Position numbers and translations under genes: made by a program. DNA of 64,000 nt, taken from the NCBI RefSeq assembly GCF_035084215.1, contig NC_090352.1:35650001-35714000 (forward strand), given 5' to 3'. Source of the stretch: Heptranchias perlo (lineage: Eukaryota). The notes under the pieces were generated by a model, which saw only the letters and a program-made list of their open reading frames with translations, did not search any database and was not told where the DNA came from. Shown one piece after another: positions 12,801-23,815 of this stretch (position 1 is its first letter; each line of letters opens with the position of its first letter).

Positions 12801-13249
12801 GTAAGCATAATTTAGAAGCCATGTTGTAAATGAACAAAATTTGTTTCCTTTCTTCTTGCCTCCCATCCCAAAAAAATGTGTTGAACTGCTTTATTAGAAT
12901 TTTTTTAAATCTTTCCAATTGATTTCAGGTGTCCTTTATGAGCTGGTAGCTTTTTAAACAATTTCTTATTTGTTTTTCCTTTATTTTTTCTCCCTTGCCC
13001 CCCTCAATCCTCATCCCAAAGTAGGCTTTCTGTCAGTCACTGCCCATCCTGTTGAGTGTCAATGTTGACATTTAGCTCTTGCTCCCAACACTGCTGCCAA
13101 TTGCAATGGCCCTCCCAGTGCCTTGATTGGGATAAGCTAACACAGCACAGACCAAGGATTGAACTTGGGACCTTCCTAATCTGTGTGGCTCTAATACTTG
13201 TAGATCACTATTAACTAGTTTAGGTTGTCTGTTACATGGTTGTTGGAGG

Positions 13250-13600
13250 AACTTGAAGATAATCTAGGCTGACAGTTCAGTGCTGTACTGAGGGATTACT
13301 ACACTGTTGGATGAGACATTAAACCGATCCTCATCTGTCCTCTCGGGTGGATGTTAAAGACCCCATGGCACTATTTGTAGAAGAGCAGGAAAGTTCTCCT
13401 GGTGTCCTGGCTGATGTTTGTCCCTTAATCAACATCATTAAAAATAGATTATCTGGTCACTTATCTAATTGCTGTTTCTGGGATCTTGCTGTGTGCCAAT
13501 TGGCTGCTATGTTTCCTACATTACAACAGTGACTACAATCAAATGTACTTCATTGGTTGTGAAACACTTTGAGACATCCTGAGCACTACAGAATAGCAAA
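13250..13600 (+). mobile_element. DeuSINE/SacSINE1-like SINE
   Basis: CAGTGCTGTACTGAGGG...GATCCCATGGCACTATT-type core, repeated many times in the window. Confidence 0.7.
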
Positions 13601-13774
13601 TTCACTCTTTCTAAATTTAACTAAATTCTTCTGACTGTATACAGCATTTCACAGGATATGCCTACTACTACTCGATACAAATAAGTTATTTGACATTAAT
13701 GTTTGTTCCCACTTTATGGCTAGTTTGTATGATGCATGTAGTTCACTTACATTTCTTTTTCGTTTTAAATCCAG

Positions 13775-13928
13775 GAAGAAGTACACACTAATGTCTAAAA
13801 GCAATTCCTTCCCGCATGAGCCAGTTCCTGTCAGGCTCATTTCTTTAGTGAATGTGAAGAACATGCTGAATCCTCTTAAGGCTGTGGTTTCCTCCATGTA
13901 CTGCTGGTGGCTGAGCAGCATTAGGCAG
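13775..13928 (+). CDS. PRR11: PRR11 coding exon 2 (KKYTLM...SMYCWWLSSIRQ)
   Basis: AG/GT bounded and phase-compatible (2 to 0). Resembles human SIYSWCQNCITQ. Confidence 0.85.
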
Positions 13929-14144
13929 GTATAAATGCAAATCATATCTTCTTTAATTCATATAGTACAGGTTATCTTTATTTTCCACAGCCAGTTAACT
14001 ATGGTTCTGTAATTATCTTCTGCCCAACAGAATTGTATGAGTTGACTATAATTCTCTACTTCAACAATTTAAAAAGGATTTTTTTATTTCCAGTTTCCAT
14101 TTTAGAACAGTTTGGCCAATTTTTATTTTGTATTCTGGTAAATT

Positions 14145-14383
14145 ACCAGTAAATTGGAATTTGAGGAAATATTTCTTGCCAATTGAATAATAGCCTGCTG
14201 ACACTCACTGTTGAGGCTCACAACAGCTACTTGAGGGAGGTACCCAATGGGACTCAGACCAAACCAGTAAATTGGAATTTGAGGAAATATTTCTTGCCAA
14301 TTTACTGGTTTGGTCTGAGTCCCCTTGGGTACCTCCCTCAAGTAGCTGTTGTGAGCCTCAACAGTGAGTGTCAGCAGGCTATT
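14145..14383. repeat. 87-bp inverted repeat overlapping a 40-bp direct duplication
   Basis: 14189-14275 versus 14297-14383 is an inverted repeat with 1 mismatch. 14145-14184 is identical to 14263-14302. Confidence 0.95.
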
Positions 14384-15690
14384 TGACTGTGGGGGCTGAA
14401 TGTGCTAAAGCCCACAACTTCACAAAATTGTTCTCATGCTCCAGGTTTAAGATCTGCCTACTCCTTCTCAACTTGGGCCCTGTTCAGTCCCCATGGCGTG
14501 CTTGCCCGGACCCTTGCTTCTATCAAGGCCTTCTGGCTTCTATCATTCATGTATTTCAGCAGTTCATATATAAGCCAGTACCAAATCCACTGTACATGAT
14601 CCAGGGTAAAAGTCCCTCCAAGGCTTGATCCTGACACCATGCCTTTCCCTCCCCTCCCATACCCAAACCCCAACTGCCAGCCCAAAGTTCCAAATCCCCA
14701 GTTTCTTTTAAATGTGCAGGTTACACACCTCTCAAACAGCTTCTCCTCAGATCCCTACCTCCAAGTAGGTATATTTTGGATCTTGTATTGTCTGGCCTTT
14801 TAAAAGTTCAGTAACAGCATATGAAATGCACATTGACACAGTGGAAAACATACAGCAAAGAGTAGAAGTAGAGATTTATAGAACGTGTTTTGGGGGGGAG
14901 GGTGGTAGATGAGAGAAAGAGGCTTTGAGTTAAGTGGGCACAGAGACAAGTGAACACACAAAGTATTATGGTGTTGGTGAGAACAGAGGTTGTTACAGGA
15001 AGAGATCAATCTTTATTTTTATCCATGAGTAACATCTTGGGAGATCAGCTGGTCTTGTGGGTAAATTTGTGAGTGAGGCATACCTGTCTTCAAAATAACT
15101 TTTTTGGTGGGTTGAATGGAGTGCAGCCAAGTTCCTCCCCCTGCAGCTCACTTGGCTTAGACTGAATCTACTCTTTCACCAAAGAGGAATGTAATTTGTT
15201 TTTTTATATATAAACTTACAAACCAGTGATGGCAAGAAAAAAAAACCTTTTTATGTTGCCTCTTCTCTCCTCCCTCTTCGTTTTCTTCCACCCTCTCCTT
15301 ATCAACATTTTGACTTCTGCTAGAATAAGGTTCTACAGGATTTGGGTGCCTTGGAAACCTTGCCCAGGTGATCATCCTTCAGCCCAGTGAATGTTGGCAG
15401 GCTGGTAAATTGTGTAGGCATCACCGCCAAACCCAATCCTGTTCTCACTTGGCATTGACGCACATGTATTTTCTAGCATGGGTTGATGGATTCTGATCAA
15501 GAACAGAAATCCTGGCCGCTTGTTTCTTTTCCTTCCCTTGTCTTATCTCCCTTCCCAATTATTGTGACAGTGAACCCAGTTGTATTGCCCTTACTACCAT
15601 CCAGGTGCAATCAGTTAATTCAGTACAGTCTGAGAATCAAACCCAGGACCTTTTTGATCTGTGGCTCAGCTACATGCTGCCTTTATCAAA

Positions 15691-15896
15691 TGATGTGGAG
15701 ATGCCGGTGATGGACTGGGGTTGACAATTGTAAACAATTTTACAACACCAAGTTATAGTCCAGCAATTTTATTTTAAATTCACAAGCTTTCGGAGGCTTC
15801 CCCCTTCGTCAGGTGAAGGGGGAAGCCTCCGAAAGCTTGTGAATTTAAAATAAAATTGCTGGACTATAACTTGGTGTTGTAAAATTGTTTACAATT
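15691..15896. mobile_element. Palindromic Penelope pseudo-LTR mini-insertion with a 12-bp flanking duplication
   Basis: Perfect 82-bp arms at 15726-15807 and 15815-15896. TTTATCAAATGA at 15682-15693 and 15895-15906. Nearly identical to the ends of the element at 54.2-57.2 kb. Confidence 0.92.
15779..15817 (-). ncRNA. Minimal type I hammerhead ribozyme motif
   Basis: UUCAC-CUGACGA-AGGGGGAAGCCUCC-GAAA-GC-UU-GUGAA: intact core, helix II, palindromic helix III and a 5-bp helix I. Confidence 0.8.
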
Positions 15897-15984
15897 TATC
15901 AAATGAGTCAGAAGAGGGAGAATTAGAAAAATGACAATCCAATCTCGTTGCTTTGCTGATGATTTGCTTCTTCCATGTTTACAG

Positions 15985-16116
15985 GGCTTAGAAGTAGTGA
16001 AGGACACTCTATATCCTTCTCGTGTTTACTTGAGGGAGCTGAATGCACTACGGCAACATATTGAGATACTTGAGATGAAGCTAACACAATTGCGAGAAAT
16101 CTTCAATGTAAACCTG
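15985..16116 (+). CDS. PRR11: PRR11 coding exon 3 (GLEVVKDTLYPSR...LREIFN[VNL]); alternative in-frame donor after 16107
   Basis: Matches human SLEVLKDTIFPSR and its coiled-coil segment. Acceptor TTTACAG. Confidence 0.9.
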
Positions 16117-16769
16117 GTAAATAGATGACCTCTATCAGAAAATAGTGTCTGTTAACAGATGATGCCAAGTTAAGTGAGAAAGCAAGGTTCTCCGAGGAAT
16201 AGGAGAATGTTTTTATTTACCTGCAACGACTTGGCAAAGTGGGTAGATGAATTGCAAATTAAATTTGAGTACCAAGAAATACAACTAAAGGATACCAGTT
16301 GAAAAATAGCTAAAAGATGAATTAGTGCGATCACTAGTTGTATTCTGTTCAGTTGTGGTATCTGCGCTTACGAAAAGATGTAGAGGCAGTAGAAAGAATC
16401 TGGAGGATGACAAACCAAACTATGAAGAGGGGTTAATGAGTTGAATCTATTGTAACGGGAGGGGAGAAAGACTTTTGAGAGACTCTGATCCACGTCTTAG
16501 GAAATGGATATGGTGAAAGTACTTTGTACAAAGCGAGAATAAGTGAACCAGACGACTGACTCGGCTACATGCTTAACTTATCCATCCTTAATCACTGATT
16601 TCTGGAATAGATGGCCACCTAGTGGAGTGCATACTAACTTGGTCGATTTGAAAGTGTACCTGTTGAGGTTATCTAATTTGCAGTGAAGAGAATCATTTTG
16701 CCATTGAAATGTCCTTTTACTTTTGAAATAAATGTTCTGCATTATTGGTTTGTACATGTTAGATAATTG

Positions 16770-17500
16770 GCAAACGAACCAAAGGTGACATGAGGAAAAA
16801 CTTTTTTTACGCAGTGAGTGGTTGGGATCTGGAATGCACTGGCCGAGGGAGTGATAGAGGCAGATTCAATCATGGCCTTCAAAAGGGAACCGGATAATGA
16901 AAAAATGTGCAGGGCTAGGGCAGGGGAGTAGGACTAACTGGATTGCTCGTGCATAGAGCTGGCGCGGACTCGATGGGCCGAATGGCCTCCTTCTGATCTG
17001 TAACCTTTCTATGATATGACCACCTTGACAGAGATGGGGTTATTAGATACACTCAACATGGCTTCTGGAAAATACGGTCATGACTCCCCAACCTGGTTGA
17101 ATTTTTTGAGGTAGTTACTAGTTCGGTAGATATAGATACTCTGGCTGACACTGTATACCTTCACTTTCAAAAATCTTTGACAAGGTGCCACACAATAGGC
17201 TACGTATTAAGATAGTCCTGTGGAATTAATGGACAGATTTTGGGTTGGACAAGGAATTGATTGCATTCTCATATGCAGATGTTTGTTATTAATAGCATTA
17301 GTTCTGCATGGGAACCAATTACTAGAGGATTCTCACAGGGATTGGTGTTAGGGCCACTGGGGAACTGTCTGTAAACTTGCGGATTATGCAAAGATTTGTG
17401 CGGGTGTTAAGACTTTTAGATGAGAAAAATAGATTACGAGAAATGGGGGAATGCCCTCTGGACCCCAGTAGATGTAACTTAATACAGATAATTGTAGTGT
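16770..17500 (+). mobile_element. CR1-like LINE fragments (a 3' end at 16770-17015 plus an old RT fragment)
   Basis: TTTTTACGCAGTGAGTGGTTGGGATCTGGAATGCACT and TTTGACAAGGTGCCACAC (FDKVPH). Confidence 0.7.
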
Positions 17501-17892
17501 TATGCTCGTGAGCAGGGTTAGTGCCAAGCATGTGTACACCATGCAGGATTGTGAACTTAAGTAAGCGTTGAATCCAAAGTGGTTTTGAGTGCACATCAAT
17601 GAAAAAGTGGCACAATGACTCAGACTGGCAAGCACATTAAATCCCCAAGTTGTGAAATCCCCCTTCTCCTAGACAGTTTGCATGAGTCCTTTATTTTATT
17701 TAGAAATTATCTGCACCTAATATGTAAACTTAATGGGAGTATAATTGCATTCCAATGTGCAAACATAATGGAAGAATCTATTGTATAACACGGTATAGCA
17801 CATCCTTTGTATTTATGTGTTAATGGGAACATCAGTTGGTAGTTTTAAATCTTGTCCACTGTTCCTGAATTATGCCCTTCTATCTTTTACAG

Positions 17893-18132
17893 GAGTCTAA
17901 TAATGCAAAAGCTGCTGAAATATGTTGCTGCCGAAAGTATGTTGACTTCTCCCCAGGCCCCACTAAAATACCAGTATGGCCAGTCCAGCCGATCGTTAGT
18001 CGTGCCATGCTGCTATCACCAGTTGGGGCCCTTCCTCCGCCACCTCCACCTCCTCCACTACCTCCTCCTTCAGTGTTTCTACAGAAGCCTCTACAGATTC
18101 AGCGAAAAGCTAGGAGTGAGAAATCTTTGCAA
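17893..18132 (+). CDS. PRR11: PRR11 coding exon 4 (polyproline tract)
   Basis: ESNN...LPPPPPPPPLPPP...KSLQ. Acceptor TTTTACAG, donor GTGAGT, 240 nt. Confidence 0.9.
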
Positions 18133-18469
18133 GTGAGTGTGTGCCAAGCTGTGGAATTGTTTTGCTATGTTCCAAAATTAGTTGAATAATGTGTAATTTA
18201 AAAAAATATATTGATAAGATTGTAGGACATTTTAATATTTATTTACAATTGTCGAAGTGTTAATTTTGTTTTCAAATAATTCCTCAACACTTGTAAAACT
18301 AATGAGACTTTAGGTTTGTTGACTCTTAATAAAATCCTGGTTTTAGGAAGATGTCAATGTGATCTACATAGCTTTGTAAGTTGGATACTTGAGTCAAATC
18401 GCACATGCAGAATGAGGAGGCAGCCTCGTAGAGGCCTGAACTCAGTCAAATCCATACCTGCAGAGTGCC

Positions 18470-18810
18470 AACTTGGCTCAGTAGTTGGCATTCTTGCCTC
18501 TGGTCATGCATTCAATGCTCAGGACAACCCTTCAGTGCAGTAGCAGAGGGAGTGCTGCTTTGTTAAAGATGTCGTCTTTTGGATGAGATGTTATACTGAG
18601 GCCCTATCCACTTGTAAATGATCCAGTGGCACAATTTGAAGAGCGGGGAGTTCTCATTATGTCCTGGCCAACATTCAGCCCTCAACACCATCACCAAAAG
18701 GTCAGATTAACTATTCAGTCGGCACTTTTGCTGTGTTTAAATTTCAAAACTAACTGGTTGTGAAAAGCTTTGAGATTCTGCAAGACATGAGGTGTTAATT
18801 GCAAATTCTT
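18470..18810 (+). mobile_element. DeuSINE/SacSINE1-like SINE
   Basis: A-box-like TGGCTCAGTAGTTGG head plus the shared core. Confidence 0.65.
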
Positions 18811-19833
18811 CTTTTATGGCAATGCCCAGCCAGTACTGAATTTTCCCTGAAGTACAGGTTCCAGAAAGAGTACAAATTCCTGTAAATTGGTATTCTATCA
18901 AAATCCTGTAACTGGCATCGTCTAGCAGGAAGAAAGGGATTTTGTGGGGAGGAAAATTACAAAGCCTACATATTTCCTTTTTGTTTTAAAAAGAAGTGCC
19001 ATTATAGGGTCTACAGTATTTTAATATTGAAACTGCTTCCTCCCCCTCACACCATCACCAACACTTACCCTGTAGGGATGAAAATGTACAATGTAAGTTT
19101 TCTTTTCTCGCCACAGTAAAGGGAATTAATACGGTGGATCTAATGAGACATCTTGTGCGTAGCCAGAGGCTGAGTGTATAAATTGGGGAAAACGCAAGTT
19201 TATTGGAGCTTCTATTCTGTAATAGACTGCCAAATTCAAGTTGTGTTCCATTCGGTTCTCGATTAGGAGTTGGATCGATCTGTGAAGTGTGAAAAGGAGG
19301 CCATAGCATTTCTCATCAGGGAGTAAGGAGCAAGAAAAATTCAGTGAAGTTTCTCTGAGAATTTAAATGTTGGGCATGTCATTCTCATGTGTATGCTTCT
19401 GTGCAGCAGAATTATCAGGAAATAGCAACCAGGATGAACAGCTGACATTGGGAGACCAACTGGGCATTTTGGGGGATTTGTCCTTACTGTAGCTGTGGGT
19501 GACAAACTACTGTAGACAGTTTTTAGAGGGAAAGTTCTTTCCACCTTCATTCACTTTATCCTGTAAAATTAGGGATGTTTTCCTTATACACCATGACAAT
19601 CTAATGAATGCACTCCTGACTTTCAATGCTGCTCACTTTCACCAGTGCTAAAGTTTACTCCAGCATCGTGTCCAATATTTGCAGTCTAGCCAATAAATGT
19701 CATTCTCTAATTTCTCGATTCTTCATCCGCAACAGCAAAATCTGGGGTATACTCTTAAGAATAGATAATTTCTAAATAGAATAAGGACTGTGAAATGCAG
19801 ATGCTTTATTGATGACTCTTATTGCATTTGCAG

Positions 19834-19932
19834 ATAGTGTCTGAGGAAATTGGTAGACCGCCATCCATAACTATGAAAGATTTGCTTAAAGTAAAATTGA
19901 AGAAGACTGCGGACCGATTCGAAATAACAAAG
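19834..19932 (+). CDS. PRR11: PRR11 coding exon 5a (IVSEEIGRPPSITMKDLLKVKLKKTADRFEITK)
   Basis: TTTGCAG acceptor, AAG|GTTAGT donor, 99 nt. Matches human ITVKDLLTVKLKKT. Confidence 0.85.
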
Positions 19933-20616
19933 GTTAGTTCTACTCATAAGGCTATTTGTTTTATTACTACAGATTGTGCTGTTGTTGATGAACTCGATTC
20001 TTTCCCCTCAGTCTGGTTCAGCAAATTCTGAGCCGAATACACCGTTGCAGTTCAACAATAACTTTATTAGAGTAGAACTTGGAACTTGGTCTGCAGCATT
20101 GATCTGGACTCCCGATAGAGTCCCACCTATGCTGGCAGAACAAGACAAAGAACATACAGAAAATACACACGTTTATACAGCTCAATAGGGGTTGGAACAT
20201 TGTTAGCATGAGTGTCAATACCAATCATAAGCCTGGCATAGGTTGGCCATGAGGGGTTACCTCACTACAGGCCAATCATGGACAATACAGTTAGCTGATC
20301 ACGCCGCAGTGACAGACATAGATGAATGTCTCTTCATCTCCTAGCTTGGAATGTTTTCCCCCAATCATCCCACATCCTTATCAGCCAACCTGTAATGGTC
20401 TCTGGCTTCACTAAGCTCATTATTTCTATTGATCACCCAGCTGCAAACTCCCTACACCAAACTCCCTACTCCCTAATGGCAACATGTCAATGATGAGCAT
20501 AAGCAGACCCCAACATCTAACGAGTTACTCATCTCACTATTAGCCTTGAAGGGGCCCATTGTTCTAACCTAGGCAGCTTCTAATTAACCCTTGCTTGTCC
20601 TATTACTACTTTTCTA

Positions 20617-20711
20617 CTTTGCCACTTAGACATTCTCATTCTCATTCTTTGCCACTTAGACATTCTCATTCTTTGCCACTTAGACATTCTCATTCGTTAG
20701 ACATTCTCATT
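20617..20711 (+). repeat. Tandem repeat, 24-bp unit CTTTGCCACTTAGACATTCTCATT (three full copies plus partials)
   Basis: Read directly from the sequence. Confidence 0.95.
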
Positions 20712-20736
20712 GTAATGTTTTGTGTGGCATCCCTAG

Positions 20737-20829
20737 ACTGAGAGGATGGATGGGCCACTGTCTGTGACGGTAAACGATTTGCTTGAAGTGAAACTGAGGA
20801 AGACCCAGAACAAATTAGAAAAACCAAAG
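20737..20829 (+). CDS. PRR11: PRR11 coding exon 5b, paralogue of 5a (TERMDGPLSVTVNDLLEVKLRKTQNKLEKPK)
   Basis: CCCTAG acceptor, AAG|GTGAGC donor, 93 nt, open frame. Matches human DGPMQITVKDLLTVKLKKTQ. Confidence 0.82.
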
Positions 20830-20959
20830 GTGAGCACTGTACAAATCTTTCATTTTAAGTAAATCTTTCTGGAATTCTCAAACGAACACCTGAAGGAATG
20901 GGATAGTTACCACAAGTAGTTATTCCTGTTGCTGGGATGCTCATACCAAACTAATACAC

Positions 20960-21940
20960 ACAAAATAAAAACAGAAAATGCTGGAAAAGCTGAGCAAGTG
21001 AGGCAGCATCTGTGGAGAAAGAAACAGTTAACATTTCAGATCAAAGACCTTTCATCAGACCTGGAAGATGTTGGAGTTAAAGTTTTTAGGCAAGTACAAA
21101 GCCGGGGAAAGGGGAGGGAGGGAAGGAAAGAACAAAAGGGAAGATCTGTGATGAGGTAGAGGGCAGAAGTGATTAAATGACAAAAGGGATGATGGCGCAA
21201 AGCAAGAAGGGTGGTAATGGGCCAAGTTAAGAAACAAAAGATCGGTCTAGGGTAGCTGTAAATGGCGCCAACAGAATCATAACCAGCAGCTGCAGTCCAA
21301 TAACTTTTTTAAAAATTAAAAATGGGAGCAGTGATTATGGTCTGAAGTTATTGAAATCAATGAGTCCTGAAGGTTGTAAAGCGCCTAAACGAAAGAGGAG
21401 GTGATGTTCCTCAAGCTTACGTTGAGCTTCATTGGAACAGTGTAAGAGGTCGAGGTCAGAGTGGCAGTGGGACGGGGAATTAAAATGGCAAGCGACCGGC
21501 AGGTCAGGGTCACGCTTGCGAACAGAGTGGAGGTGTTCAGCAAAGCGATCACCCAATCTGCGTTTGGTCTCCCCAGTGTGAAGGAGACTGCATTGTGAGC
21601 AGTGAATACAGTACATTAAATTTAAAGAAGTACAAATAAACTGCTGTTTCACCTAGGAGGAGCGTTTGGGGTCCTGGACAGTGGGAAGGGAGGAGGTGGA
21701 GGGGCACCCATCTCCTGCGCTCGCATGAGAAGGTGCCGTGGGGAGGAGAGCGGGTGTTGGGGGTGATGGAAGAGTGGACCAGTGTGTCAGGGAGGGAACG
21801 GTCCCTTCGGAATGCTGAAAGGGGAGGGGAAGATGTGTTTGGCAGTGGGATCACACTGGAGGTGGTGGAGGCGGAAATGGTGGAGGATGATACGTTGAAT
21901 GTGGAGGCTGGTAAAGCGCCCATTGTGGTTCTGGGAGGGA
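20960..21940 (-). mobile_element. Penelope-like element of a second, older family: GIY-YIG fragment and pLTR with a hammerhead motif at 21026-21062
   Basis: Peptide LMYCIHCSQCSLLHTGETKRRLGDRFAEHL...PVACHFN. Minus strand reads CTGATGA-AAGGTCTTTGATCT-GAAA-TGTT. Confidence 0.85.
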
Positions 21941-23086
21941 ATGGAATGAACATAAAATGTTGGTTCCAAACTATAGGAATTTTAAACGACAAATATAGAA
22001 TCATAGAGTACAGAACGAGGCCATTTGACCCATTGTGCCGGCTCTCTGAAAGAGCTACCAATTAGTCCACTCTCCTGCTCTTTCCCCATAGCCCTGTACA
22101 TTTTTCCTTTTTAAGCAGAGATCCAATTCCCTTTTGATAGTTACTATGAACAAGTAATGGCTGTATTTATTTCTTAGTTAGCCAATCTTGAAAGGAATAT
22201 TACTTAATTTGACAGGAAGACTTTTCACTTCAGAGTTGGTACTGTAGTTTTTTTTAAACTGCATGCAGTTTGCAGAAGTTATGTAATAAGCTACTGATTT
22301 TACTAATCCATAAATGTGACTGGAAATTAAGCTCTGTGAACATTAGTGTACAAAAATGAATTTCCTTTATCTGCTGAGGTGCTAATCTTGTTTAAAATAA
22401 ACTGGTTAACTTCTCTGTTAGGGTAGCAGACAAAGGATTATGAATTTGTTACATATCTATGCTAATATTCAAAGAGCTTAGCTGCAAGGTAGTGGTGTCC
22501 AGCTATGTTGGCTGTCTTCCATTTAAATTGTGATCAGAAAATACATTTAACATGGAACTAATTAACATGCAAATTAATGTAAGCATCCAATCTACCCACT
22601 GAACCATATAAGAAAAAACACCAGTGTTGAAAAGATTTTGTGCGGTACTGTTGTCAGGTTTGTGTTAGACAAAGCTGATATTTTTCTGTCTTCCCACCCC
22701 ATTATTACATTGCTACCATTCCACGCACCATTTACTGAAAGGGTAGGTAAAGGACACTTCACTGCCAGTTCTATTTCCCTTGCTAATTTTCTTCTTTTCC
22801 GTGCTGATAACTCCTTGCTGGGGTATAGTTTGCCAAGTGCCACCTCACCCAAATGGCCCACTAATGAATTAAGTCCTTCCTTCTCTTTCCCTGAATGATG
22901 AGCTGTCTATAAGGGGATTTGTGGGTGTAAAACCCATACTTACCAGCCCTTGGCAACTGGGAGCAGCAGTAAGTTGTGTGATTGAGACCATTCTTTTTTT
23001 TTGCATCCGTTGTCTTCAGCAGGTGATGGGGATGTAGTCATTTTAAGCTATTGTCTGAAGTACTGGGATTTATTTTTTGCTCATAG

Positions 23087-23193
23087 ATGGATACACCAGG
23101 AAAGAAAAGATCTCCTTTAGTCACAATCTCTGATCTACAAGGCTTTAACTTGCAGGCAAAAGCTAACCAACTGCAGAAACCAGCAACAAAGAT
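23087..23193 (+). CDS. PRR11: PRR11 coding exon 6 (MDTPGKKRSPLVTISDLQ...)
   Basis: Matches human RNPLVTVSDLQ. Acceptor TCATAG, donor GTAAGC, phase 0 to 2. Confidence 0.88.
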
Positions 23194-23404
23194 GTAAGCA
23201 CATGAGGTTCTGTAGTGACTGATTTTGTGAACTCTAAACAGCACAATAAAATAAATGTCACAGAATGATTTTAATTGTAACCAGTGTAATCATTTTATCT
23301 GCAATGTGTTTTTTTTAAGCTGGTGAGAATTTTTGTTTTAATTCAAATGTCAAAATTCACAAGATTTATGCTATTAAATATGGAAAGTATAGATTGTTAA
23401 AAGA

Positions 23405-23815
23405 AAGACTTGCATTTATATAGCGCCGTTCATGACATCCCAAAATGCTTTACAACCAATGAAGTATTTTTGAAGTGTAATCACTGTTGTAATGTAGGAA
23501 ACGAGGCAGCTAATCTGAGCACTGCAAATCCCACAAACAATCTATTAATGACCAGATAATCTGTTTTAGGGATGTTGGTTGAGGGATAAATACTGGCCAG
23601 ACACCAGGAGAACATCCCTGTTCTTCTTCCAATAGTGTATGGGAACTTTTACAGCCACCTGAGAGGGCAGACGTCGGTTTAATGTCTCATCTGAAAGACA
23701 GCACCTCTGACAGTGCAACACTCTCTCAGTACTGCACTGGAATGTCAACCTAGATTATGTGCTCAAGTCCCTGGAATGGGACTTGAACCTGCAACCATCT
23801 GACTCTGATGAGAAT
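23405..23815 (-). mobile_element. DeuSINE/SacSINE1-like SINE, near full length
   Basis: B-box-like GGTTCAAGTCCC on the minus strand, the shared core and an L2-like tail (TATATAAATGCAAGTCTTT). Confidence 0.75.

Noticed and set aside
20617-20711. Short repeats as a CRISPR-like array
   Set aside because: There are no unique spacers; this is an ordinary eukaryotic minisatellite.
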